A stretch of 64,000 nucleotides of DNA from Takakia lepidozioides. Taxonomy: Eukaryota; Plantae; Bryophyta. Positions 53,388-64,000 of this stretch are shown here, in pieces. The notes under the pieces are model-generated. The model worked only from the letters and a program-made list of their open reading frames with translations. It searched no databases and was not told the DNA's origin. The translations under genes were made by a program, and so were the position numbers. The DNA is taken from assembly GCA_030704615.1 (NCBI GenBank), contig CM060734.1, forward strand, positions 53,816,001-53,880,000, in the 5' to 3' direction. Each line of letters starts with the position of its first letter. The first letter of the stretch is position 1.

Positions 53388-56300
53388 TGGCAGTGGACAT
53401 GACTGGAGGCAGCTAACAAGACATGGGAGGCCAAGCTCATAGGAGTCAATACATGAGATCCCAAGCTCAAGTTCACAGGTTGCAAGACGGCGACTAACGA
53501 TGGGGCAACTCTTGCACCCGGCCTCTTGATCTATCGAGTTTGAGTGTAGTAGGGATAGTGGTGGAGGACTTAGTGAGGCTATGGTCACTATCACATCTTG
53601 TGGCTACCTGGACTTAGAGGGACCTAAGCACCAGCTAGGGGGGCGATTGTGTGGACTAGTGACTGCCATAGTGGGCAGCGTAGTGGCAGCCTAGTGACTG
53701 ACTAGTTGTAGCCTAGTGGTTGGACTAGTGGCTAGACTAGTGGTAGACTAGTGGTATACTAGTGTGTGGTGTGCACATGTGTTGTGTGGTTTGGACAGCG
53801 ATGTAGTTGTGTAGCGATATGTATGCGCACGACAGCTGTCAAGTTATTTTACCACTAGTGTGAAACTAGCTAGGAAATAGCTAGCTTTTACATATTGACA
53901 TTTGGGATTGGCCCAAGTGTCAATCCAGGGGTCAAAGCAGATTTAGGCCCTGGAGTGGTTATCTTCACGGCAAGCGCGGGAGGCTCATCTTTCTCGAGTT
54001 GAGCCTCACCGCGCCTAGCTATGGCGCCGTAGTGTGGATTCCCCATGGCGTGGGGTGCACTTGGCTTGACTTGTATTGAGTGATGAGGTTATATATATGC
54101 ATGAGTTTATGCTTCAGCTTTGTGAGCTCGCATGAGCTCGTGCTTGTATTCTTCTTCTATATCATTGTGTGGACTAGTGACTGCCATAGTGGGCAGCGTA
54201 GTGGCAGCCTAGTGACTGACTAGTTGTAGCCTAGTGGTTGGACTAGTGGCTAGACTAGTGGTAGACTAGTGGTATACTAGTGTGTGGTGTGCACATGTGT
54301 TGTGTGGTTTTGGACAGCGATGTAGTTGTGTAGCGATATGTATGCGCACGACAAGGGCGACGGGCGAACAATCTCCCGCAAAACCGCTTCCACGAGCTGA
54401 AGCTCAGTTCCTGGAGGATTTCCCGCCTGCAGATGTTGGGGCCGACTCTGCTGCAGCGAAGGCAATGGGATCGACCGTTGATCTCGATTTGGTACCGGAG
54501 GAGGGTGCTGCCGCTCAACGTTCGCAGCAAGACCTCACCACCGATGAGCAAGCAAGCCCGGAGGAGGCCTCTGCAATGGCAGAATTGCCCGCAGACAGGC
54601 CCCAGAGTGCAGCTCCAGTTGAGGATGCTCCACCTGCTCAGCCACTACCGGCACCTACAGACATGTCTCCGGAGGATTTCAAAAGTGCAGCGGATAAAAT
54701 GTTGGAGGAGACACACAGTAGCATTGGCAGAGTTCTGGGCAGCAGGGTATTCCAGCGGACTCTTCGAATCCCACTCTGTCGCATGGTCTCCCTTCCCATC
54801 GTCAGGCAGGCCCTTCCCGGAGATGTGGATAAGCTCAAGTTCACATTTCGATAAGGGTACCGTCTGGGATCGGCAGCATTTTACGTTTCCATTGAGAATG
54901 AGGACAGCGAAACTCGTGGACCCACTGCCGATGAATTGTCAACGTGGGATACCCACTGGCACACTCGCAACGACGAATTCGAGGCGACGCTGAAGGGTGA
55001 TCCAGACTTCGGCCATATGTCGGGTAAAATGTTCTTTGTGTGGGACGGGAATCACCGACTTCTCGCCTGGTGGGAGTACATCAAGCAGAACCATGCCAAG
55101 CACATTGGCTGGCATTACATGGTGGAGTGTGTCATCCTGAAGGTGAAGGCGGCAGACTCCTCCCTGCTCAAGAATGCCATGGCGGACCTCAACTCGTAAG
55201 ATACTCATACCCTCCCTAGCACGTTCGAAATGCGGTGCCGCATTTCGGTTTCCATTTTGGTTTGTTTCCGTGCTTCCGTGTACTGAACTGGAGAGTGTGC
55301 CTTGCAGGGTCACTGAGAATGCGTACGTGCATACCCACATGGCACATATGTTGTACAGGGTGAGGAAAACTGGTCTCACTGAGCTCATTCAGAAAGCCGT
55401 TGCAAAAACAGACCGGACATGGTATCGTCTCACTATGGATGGAATGGTGGAGGTGATATACGAAGTAAGTCGTCCTCCAATTTCCCTCTGCTCATCCTTC
55501 CCCAATTTCCAGTAATCTTTCCACATGAATCGAATGTAACGCTTCTGCATGCTTTTGTTGGCAGTCAAACATCAAGCTGGATTTGGCCCATGCCAAACGC
55601 TTCTTCATGGAAAGTGAGGGGCAGGTCAAAACGTTGCAGTCATTGACTGAGCACTTGAAGGAAGCCGGTGTCAAGTCCAGAACCAAATACAAGTCAAAGC
55701 TTGTGAAGCTGGTGGCAATTGCAGATCCGGCACTTGGAAAGGACTTCATCCCCGAGATTGCAAAACACTATTCTCGGGCCATGCAGCCGACCATGCAATT
55801 GGAGAAATTGCATCACCTCTCAACGGCATGTGTGGAGGCGAAAGAGAAGGTGAGGTTTCAATGCACTGAAGTTCCTTCCTAGCAATAGCCACTCTCTTCC
55901 AGCTCCTGACATTGGATCGGAAATGGCAGACACGGTGGCTGTCGATCTGGAATGCATCCGAGAGCATAAGGACAATGTGGTCTTTTCCACTGGAAGTTTC
56001 CGACCCTGCAGTGGATGTGTGGCTCAACCGCATGACTTGGTGGTTCCAGGTAATTCAAGGTACTTCCCCAGATTTGCTTTTCTGAAATGAATTCCCTGAA
56101 CTGCTACGTGACAATGCATTTGGGAATCGCAGGTAATGTCGAATGCGAAGGAGCAAGTCGTAATGCACACAAATTCGTTCGGCTTGTACGTCAAATGGGA
56201 TGGAACACAGACATTGGAAGACTACGTGACACGTTTCAGATGTGCGTACAAGGACAACCTTTTCGCCAGAGAGCTACAGACAGCAAGAAGGAGCGTGGAG

Positions 56301-58984
56301 TTTACACATCAGGAGGGAGCGGGGAAAGCTGCAATGCGAATTGTTTACAGGTGAAGCACAGCTGCCCTTGTATGCGAAGCCTGGTTACGAGGTTTGTCTC
56401 GGAAATGCGGCACCGCATTCGCATTTTATGTTTTCGGTGGCACTCTGCGAGTAGGTTGGTCTCAACTTTTGCTCACGCATGCTGACTGCCTTGCAGGTAT
56501 ATGAAATACGTGCTCCTTCAGACAGGGGCCCTAGCTCAAGAGCCCCCGTTCTTCATGGCTTGGACCGTGGCGGGCCCAAGCTGTGTCTACACACCCGAGA
56601 TGCAGAAACAATGGCATCCCGCGCATCTCGTTGGATGTCCGTGGTACCTGGACATGTCTGGCGGTTTTGTTGACGAGTCTGAGAAAGATCTACACGCCTT
56701 GGCAGAAGAGAAGAGAAAGGAAAGACGTGTCCCTGCTGGGCCAAAGTCGGCAAAGGAATCTGCTGCTCTGGAAGAATCCAGAAAGGCAGCTGAGATGGCA
56801 CAAAAGACGGTGGATGCAGCTGTGCAGGCCCAACAGAAGGGGTCGAAGAAGAGGACTCGCCAGCAAGGAGCAGCTGTTGTGACACCCGCCAAAACGAAGA
56901 AGCAGAAACAGCCTATTCATGAAGAGGGTGAGGAAGAGGACTCCGATGGAGACTTTGCAACCAGCCCACCCCCCCAAACGCAAGCTGCCTCCCCTGTGCC
57001 CACCGTTGTCACGAGAGGCACGAGAACTGGCTCGGCAAAGAAGGCACTCTTCAACCCCCCAGGGGGCACCCTTTCGAGCCGGTGGAAATGAAGAGGCCGA
57101 AAGTGGCTCCCGAAACAGTGGTCCAGTGTGTAAATGAGAGTTTCTTGGCGGCTTTGGATGGACGGGCAGCCAAGTTGGCATACGTGAAGACCATGGAGGG
57201 TCTGAAGGGCAGAGCACTGAAGAAGGCGACTGCCGAAGAGCCTTCCGACACCCCAGGATTTCAGAATATGGTCTCGTTCTTTGAGAGGGTGTGTGCAGAC
57301 AAGGATTGTAGGAGGGGCGGAAATGCCACCGAGTGGTCTTGCGATATGATCATCTTGGATATTCCAGACGGAGAGCCTGTGGAAGGACTGCAAGCTTTGC
57401 CATCTTGGAACAGGTACTCGGAGGACTTTTGGAAGAAAGGATTCGGGCTTGCCCGCATGGTGTTGGACGACAGAGGCTGTGTGGTTGTCCTGGCGAGCAG
57501 AGGAAAAAACACTCAGACAGGAATTGCGAAGTGGACCCGCAAGAGCGCCGTCCCGATTCTGAAAAAGAAGTGGACGTGCATCAACACACTGGGCCTTCGG
57601 TCGGAAGGGAAGAAGGTGATTACGACACTGGCACTCATCCATTCATTTGCTTGGGTGTTTTCAAATGCGGTGCCGCATTCGGTTTCTAATCGTTTTCCCC
57701 CTGTGTATGCAGACGAAGCAGTTCGATGCATACTGCTTTGTGAAGGAGAACTCCACCTTTGCTTTCCGAAAGGAGGGAGGAAAGGTTGACCCGAACTGCG
57801 ACCCACTCGATTACGACGTTCTGTTCAACAACGTTCCCAAGGAACTTCTCCCTCATAGCCTCACTTCAACGGAACCCCTGCGGTACTCACGGACTCGGAG
57901 CCCTGCCTTCATTCAGACAATTATGGAGACATGCACAGACGTGGAGGGCACAGTGCTCGACCTCATCTTTGGGACAGGTATGCAGAATCTTGATCTATGC
58001 TGTTCTGCAAATTCTCGTTAGGATGTAGTTCGCAACATCTGAAGCGCCATGTGGTAATGTGTGGATGGCATTGTAACAGGTGCCTCAATGTGGGCTGGGC
58101 GGTTTTCCGACCGGCACCTCTTTGCCTACGAGGAGGATTCATCCGTGTGGGGATCCCATCTGGAAGGGCTGCAACGGAATGTTAAGACTCCCGACAGAGC
58201 GGAAGTCTCCTCGGATTCGTCGGAGTCCGAGGAAGACACAGTGGACATTGATGCGGAGGAGAACCCGGAATACGAGTGAGTGCAAACATTGTAAGTTTGC
58301 AAAGCCTTCTGGGTCATTTATGTCAAACGAATTTCCCGACTGTGGTTCTCATTAGTCTCGTTGATGATTGTCATGTGCAGGATTGCAGGGTCCGGGTCGA
58401 AACATGTAGGGCCTACACTTCCTGCCAGGAAGAATGTCCCGTTCTTTGCGAGGGCCGACTTCATGACGAGCCCGGTGAGGGACTACTCCCTTCCTAGTTA
58501 TGCAGCTAAACTCGCAAATACAGCGATTAGAAGAAGTGAGAATCCCAGTAGTAGAGCAGATTTTGGAGAGGGCTAGGGAGGACAGAAGGATAAAGGAAAG
58601 AGTTGGCAGCAGCTCAGACAGGTAGACGGGTACAAAAGTACATATGTGATTCAACGGATGAGAGCGACGCATACAGGGAGGAAGACGACCCAACGGAGGT
58701 GAGATGGACAGTTCCGCAAGGGGAAGATGGAATTTTCAAAAGCCTGGCCAACGAGCAGTCCGTTGGAGATGAGAAAGGCACTGAGGGGGTGGAGGCGGAG
58801 CATGACAGTCTAGAACATGATGAGGATTCGGATGATTTTCAAGATTAATAGAATTTTAATGAAGTCTCTGTAAATGTAAATTCTCTTCCAGAGTATATAA
58901 AGGAAATTCTGCCAGACATTCGTGACCCCTCTCCAGTGTGCATTCCAGCCACACAATCGCTCAAACCACGACGCTCCCAAAATC

Positions 58985-59790
58985 AGAAATGGGGCACCGC
59001 ATTTCCAAAATTTTGGCAACTCTAAGAACCTCTTTTGGAAATGCGGCACCGCATTTCAAAAACAGGGGAGGGACTAAATTTTCCATTTCAATGTTGGCAT
59101 AGTAAAAAGTAATCGGCCGATTGGAAATGCGGTGCCGCATTTCCAAAATTTGCTTTGTCCACACGCCAGTTTTGGCCTCTCCCGCTCATTGCATGGATGC
59201 CACCACGATTACAGAGGTCGAACAAGGAGGTCGAACAAGGAGGTCGAGATGGCGGAATTGAAAATGCGGTGCCGCATTTCCATATTGGGGATGGTCGTTG
59301 TTCGAACTGCAGGCCCATCACCAAAAATTGGCACCGCATTCCATTGTAAAAAAAAAGTCGATGACGGACATGGAAATGCGGCGCCGCATTTCCAGAACGG
59401 ACATCGCAATTTGTCCATTTGTAGACCCTCTCATGGAAATGCGGTAACGCATTCCATCGCGCGGGTCGGAAATGTCACACTTTTCGAAGTGTTGGACGGA
59501 AATGCGGCACCGCATTCCCCTGTCCAAAAAGAAGTTTCCATTGCCAAGCTGGAAATGCGTCGCCGCATTTGCAATGCCAACCTCGTTGTCTGTCCAATTT
59601 ATAGACCCGTGTTGGTATTTCGTGTACCTGGACGGAAATGATGCACCGCATTTCATTGTCCCACATGGAAATGCGGTGCCGCATTTCGATGCCGACATGG
59701 AAATGCGCCACCGCATTTCGATGTCCAACATGGAAATGGGGGGCCGCATTTCGTTGCCGACATGGAAATGCGGCGCCGCATTTCGATGTC
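58985..59790. repeat. Second array (~14 copies) of the GGAAATGCGGNNCCGCATTTCC palindrome
   Basis: Directly visible; the last copies are at 32-33-bp spacing. Confidence 0.9.
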
Positions 59791-60041
59791 CGACATGGCG
59801 TTACTCTGGTATATTCTTGACACATGACTCACATACCGGTTACTCTGCTATATTCATCCGGACAGACACATTGTAGAAATGAGACATCAAATTGTAAACA
59901 GTGGGCCAATTCCGACAGTTATTCAACAGAATGAAACACAATCACACAGAAGTGAGGTACGATGGGTTTATTGATCGGACACGATGTCTCACATTTACCA
60001 ACTGCAGACAGAACTAAGCCCTTCCTCCTTCTACATGGGCT

Positions 60042-60620
60042 TCACCAAGTCGACGGAACTTCGATACCCCTCAAAACAAGCTCATCACTGCTGCGGCACC
60101 TCGAGGTAAACTGCAATTCGGTCGTTCTGCTGCCCTTGCTGGAGCCGACGACAATGTCATGTCCATCAATGATACCACCATCATACATTGACAAGGTCAC
60201 TGTGGGCCTCATGTGCCCGTGCGATTCGTCTTCGCAACTTAGCCGAATGTCTCCATACACTGGAAGAGCGGAGTGATCTGCACGTATATAGTTTTCCCCG
60301 GTGCCGTCCTCCCTGGTCCACTGGCAGCAGTTCCAACGCCAAAGCGAGGCCGTGCGTGATCTGTCCGGCATCCCTTTCCAGCTTGGTATATCGAGGTCAA
60401 CAATTTTCAGGACCCACGGACCGCATTGACCCTCGCACTCACCTCGCTCAAAGCGGTAATAGCCCTCCAGATACTCCATTGCGCGCAAAGACTCTTGCTT
60501 GATTCCAGCAGCGTCTGTGAAAACAGAGAGCCAGACAATGATGTCTCCTGATTCTGGTTTGAACATAGCATAATCGTGGCCATGATAAGGGCAGTCGGCT
60601 GGATTTCGGCGGCACGGCAT
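60042..60620 (-). CDS. Hypothetical 192-aa protein, paralog of 61152-61715
   Basis: Intact ORF; shares MPC.RN..DCP, DYAM, GDI, YxFERG, LxRWNCCxWT, PxYGDIR, DGGxIxGxDIVV and ELVLR with its paralog. Confidence 0.72.
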   Translation of the reverse strand: MPCRRNPADCPYHGHDYAMFKPESGDIIVWLSVFTDAAGIKQESLRAMEYLEGYYRFERGECEGQCGPWVLKIVDLDIPSWKGMPDRSRTASLWRWNCCQWTREDGTGENYIRADHSALPVYGDIRLSCEDESHGHMRPTVTLSMYDGGIIDGHDIVVGSSKGSRTTELQFTSRCRSSDELVLRGIEVPSTW

Positions 60621-61151
60621 CCTTGAAAAAGAGTAGCGGAGTACGCTGAATGACAGCAGCTCCCGGATGGAGGAGGAGCAGCGCGGTGGCTAGAAAAAGT
60701 TCAAGCTAACGCTGCAATTCCTCACAAACACTCCAGGGCACATTTAAATTTCCCCCCTACAGGATCCTGGACCGATGAAGATTGGCTGCTTCATGAATGT
60801 AGCCGTTTCAGTTTCCTACCCTGCCATGCAAACTATGGGCACTCACTGCCAGGTGGGCCGATAGCCACTGGACACGACGAAGTCCATCCCCTCTTCGATG
60901 TAAATGCGGCGCCGAATTTCCGTCCGGGGGGATGGACTTCGGTGGCAGATCTCAAACTATAACTTCTTGATGAGAAAGATGTATGGGTTCATCCACCTCC
61001 GTCGGTGGGTACGTGGGACCCAGATGCTCCATTATTGGAGGCCGGACTGCTCTTCCGCTTCGCATCATTTCCAAAATCTAAGGGTTTCGTAGCTGTCCGC
61101 AAGGTCATTGTCATCTGCATCCAAGTCGTCCTCAGGTCCTCTTTTGCAAGG

Positions 61152-61715
61152 ATGCCGTGCTTCCGGAACCGGGATGACTGCCCATTTGGAGGCATCGATT
61201 ATGCAATGTATTCGGCCACATCGGGAGACATTGTTATCTGGTACACAGATTACACAGAAGATACTGGTTCGATTGTGGAAACATTGGTGGCTTTTGAGTA
61301 TATCGTAGGCCACTACGCCTTCGAGCGGGGTGACGATCTTGGTCTGAGGAGTCCGTGGCTCCTGCGCATCCTCGATTCCGATTTTCCCAGCTACGACGGT
61401 CACCCATGCAGAAGAAGGCGCACTGCTATGCTGTTGCGGTGGAACTGCTGCCACTGGACGTGGGTGGACTCCATCGGAGAGACCTATTCTCCTCAAGGAG
61501 TGCGCTCCTCTTCTCCATTGTATGGGGACATTCGCATTGGTGTGGACGACGAAAACGTGAAGATTTCCATATTCGATGGTGGTATGATTGAAGGGCAGGA
61601 CATTGTGGTGAACATCACTAGGGGCGGTTCAACGGCTGCAATCGACTTTACATGGAGGAGCCCCATGACTCATGAGCTAGTTCTGAGAGCAGTCGAAGTC
61701 CCATTGACAACGTGA
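61152..61715 (+). CDS. Hypothetical 187-aa protein, paralog of 60042-60620
   Basis: Intact ORF from ATG 61152; full-length protein-level similarity to the divergent neighbour. Confidence 0.72.
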   Translation: MPCFRNRDDCPFGGIDYAMYSATSGDIVIWYTDYTEDTGSIVETLVAFEYIVGHYAFERGDDLGLRSPWLLRILDSDFPSYDGHPCRRRRTAMLLRWNCCHWTWVDSIGETYSPQGVRSSSPLYGDIRIGVDDENVKISIFDGGMIEGQDIVVNITRGGSTAAIDFTWRSPMTHELVLRAVEVPLTT

Positions 61716-62178
61716 CTTGTATTCAGTAGGCACAGGGCTCAAGATTTGATGGCACAATCAGCACAGTAGACGTGCTTCAAATGCAATTCATGTGGATCAA
61801 TAAAAACCTCATTGTGCCCTCTTTTTATTCTATTCTGTGTCCATCGTTCCCAGAATGCGTCATTGCTCATTTCGTTTGGGATTGGGAGTGTGGGTGGATT
61901 TTGCAAGTGGCTGGTAGGCTGAAATGGGCCCCCATTGTACAGAGCAGTACCACCCTACCATTCGCGAAACATTGCCTTTCAATATATAATTCTAAATAAC
62001 ATTGCCGAACCTCCTTCATCGGGAGGTCCTTCTCCCCCTATGACCGTGGCACCCTAAACCCTATTCCCGCGGACACTCATTTCCGGAAAATAGTGCTGCT
62101 CATGTTTTTTTCCACACTTACGACTCTGCTCATGGCTCATGCCGCTCATGGCTCATGGCTCATGAAATAGCAGCCCCC

Positions 62179-64000
62179 GTCACAGCCCGTCACAGCCCGT
62201 CACAGTCCGTCACAGCCAATCACAGCCAGTCACAGCCCGTCACAGCTTCACACAGCCCAACGCAGTTTTGCACAGTTGTCACAGTACAGGGGGAACGGTT
62301 AACATGGACAGGGAACGACTGTGTGGGAACGACATCTGCAGAGGGAATATGTTACTTCAGGGGTGACGGTTAGTTAGCAAGGCGGTTAGAACATCTTGTA
62401 GGTAGATAAAGCGAAGAGCGGGGACTTCTGGGCGATCACTTTCTTGGATCACTTCTTAGACATCAGTGGAAAGGTCAGACGGAGGGCACGATCTTGGAGC
62501 ACAGGGATGACGATTACACAGAAGAGGAGATGATGACTTGATGGAGGTTTATTTCATGCAGAGCTGTAGTGATACTGTAGGGCGGATTAGAGTCACTTTG
62601 ACATTGGCCTAGTACCTGATAAATCGTAATCTGATACTTATTCGATACAAGCACACTGTGTAGAGAGACATGAGTGAAGCCGTGAAATGAATGCATGATT
62701 AACTGGAACTAAGAAGATACTGAAGCAATCTGATGCTTCAGTATCAGATAAGGTAAATTGATAACATGAAGGCAAGAAGGAATACAAATGGGAAGCACAA
62801 CCATGATTCACTAGCTGCAGGTCATGACTGATTGTACTGAGCGGGCTGAGTGCTTAGAAATATCCAACTCTTCTATCTTGGAGTTTTCACCTCAGATAGC
62901 GAAGGGATGGGTGAGTAAAAGCCGTTCGACATTTGACGACCATACTGGGGAACTAAGTCATGAACAACCAGATGTGACAGGCATCTGGTGGGATCATGGT
63001 GGTTGGAGAATTAAAGAATTTGATGTGAATCAAATTCGTTGTGAAACTGAGAAGGAAAGATTGTCCAAACGATTCTTTGAGAGGTTCTTGGAATTGCTAG
63101 ACGGTTGTAAAGAAAACATTCTTAAGAGAGTGCATGATGCTGACCCTGAGTGGGGTCTGGAGAAAGGGGTGATAAAGATTTATCAGGTGGCCTGTAGAGG
63201 AAGAACACGGTGGTTACCAACACTGGTTTATGTGATAGCATTGCTATCCATTAAGCGAGTAGAGTTTGAAGACTGGGAGGAAAGGAAGGTGAATGTTTAT
63301 ACTCATATGCATGAAGAGCTTGTACTGGTAAAGAATTGGATTCCAAAGGATATTCTGTGGATCAAACTCACACCAAGAACAGCTTTCCAGACTTGTTTGC
63401 CATATGGTTATATGGTAACGGAGACTTCTAGTATAGCCAAGGGTGCATTGAAGCTTGAAAGAAACCCAGGCATATACGAGAGATATTACAGAAGAGAGTT
63501 TTGGTTATTGCCACATTAAAAGAAATGAAAGACATGGGACATGAGTGATGAAAGAGAAGCTAGACTCCAGAGATATTCAGCAAAAAGAGAAAGTTATCTG
63601 AAAGCTAATTATCCATATCTTTGGGAGAGAGGAATAGACATAGGGGATTCATCTGGACCTCTCACACCATTAAGATCAGAGAGTACATCACCCATACCGG
63701 AAGAACTAGAGTTGGATGCCACTCCTTCTTTTTCTTTGCAAGAAAGATTAAGGGAATTGGTACAGGAAGAAGATCAATCACGAGGTGAAAGATCCGAGGT
63801 ACATCCCTGGATAAAAGATTTGACAGAAATCTTTGATAAGAGTTGGCATGGAACACCAAAAGCAGGAACTCCAGTTTCTGAAACGGAAGGTGAAGAAGGA
63901 GGAGAGGATGTGGCAGGCTCAACGGAGAGTTCAGACTCTCCAACACCATTACAGTTCAGTTACATGAGTGAAGAAGAAACCCAAGGGCAGAACTTGGAGG
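62179..64000 (+). mobile_element. Gypsy element 5' region, same family as 29560-34210, running off the window
   Basis: Inverted homology to ~32180-34000; satellite at 62179-62285 continues 39438-39527 across the MULE. Confidence 0.85.
62824..63519 (+). CDS. 231-aa extra ORF upstream of gag, unknown function
   Basis: Intact ORF conserved in the second copy at 32667-33363. Confidence 0.6.
   Translation: MTDCTERAECLEISNSSILEFSPQIAKGWVSKSRSTFDDHTGELSHEQPDVTGIWWDHGGWRIKEFDVNQIRCETEKERLSKRFFERFLELLDGCKENILKRVHDADPEWGLEKGVIKIYQVACRGRTRWLPTLVYVIALLSIKRVEFEDWEERKVNVYTHMHEELVLVKNWIPKDILWIKLTPRTAFQTCLPYGYMVTETSSIAKGALKLERNPGIYERYYRREFWLLPH

Larger units (their letters stand above)
47150..54353 (+). 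mobile_element. Ty3/Gypsy retrotransposon with split direct repeats and PHD-integrase
   Basis: Termini TGTC...GACA; TSD AGGG (47146-47149, 54354-54357). Repeat A at 47150-47478 and 53837-54164; repeat B at 53648-53834 and 54166-54353; PPT before 53648. Spans an assembly gap. Confidence 0.85.
46741..58848 (+). pseudogene. Multi-exon ParB-like + beta-class DNA amino-methyltransferase-like cargo gene, interrupted by the Gypsy at 47150-54353
   Basis: The frame is restored across the insertion (KAIR|ATGEQ). FFVWDGNHRLLAW; CDMIILDIPDG; RSPAFIQTIMETCTDVEGTVLDLIFGTG|ASMWAGRFSDRHLFAYEED via intron 57978-58079. Premature TAA at 54852. Start and end are approximate. Confidence 0.7.
39528..62178. mobile_element. 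Large Mutator-like (MULE) DNA transposon with cargo genes
   Basis: TIRs GAGGTTTACTATTTCATGAGC / GGGGGCTGCTATTTCATGAGC followed by CATGAGC subterminal repeats; 8-bp TSD GTCACAGC (within satellite, so weaker evidence); internal MULE/SWIM transposase. Confidence 0.85.

Noticed and set aside
46741-58848. Bacterial contamination as the source of the ParB/MTase
   Set aside because: The gene has spliceosomal-type introns, a nested Gypsy, and lies within MULE TIRs in plant sequence.

Overview
Eukaryotic, repeat-rich nuclear DNA, most likely from a seed-free land plant (inferred from the PLS-PPR-DYW gene and TE content; species not determinable). The only long intact host gene is a PLS-class PPR-DYW RNA-editing factor (18599-23736, minus). 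Its 5' exons splice in frame to add OSB-type PDF motifs. Many shattered PDF/PPR paralog fragments surround it, broken by Copia, CACTA, hAT, LINE and Gypsy elements and by at least one reconstructable inversion. The right half holds a 22.6-kb Mutator-like element (39528-62178, TIRs, 8-bp TSD). It carries a degenerate SWIM/MULE transposase, a ParB-like plus beta-class amino-methyltransferase-like cargo gene, two divergent paralogous small ORFs, and phased arrays of a 22-bp palindrome found only inside the element. Nested in the cargo gene is a young Gypsy with a PHD-finger integrase and split direct repeats (A...B-A-B) around a palindromic att-like junction. An older related copy carries a DNMT3-like C5 methyltransferase upstream of RT. 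All domain calls come from motif recognition by eye; no database searches were run.
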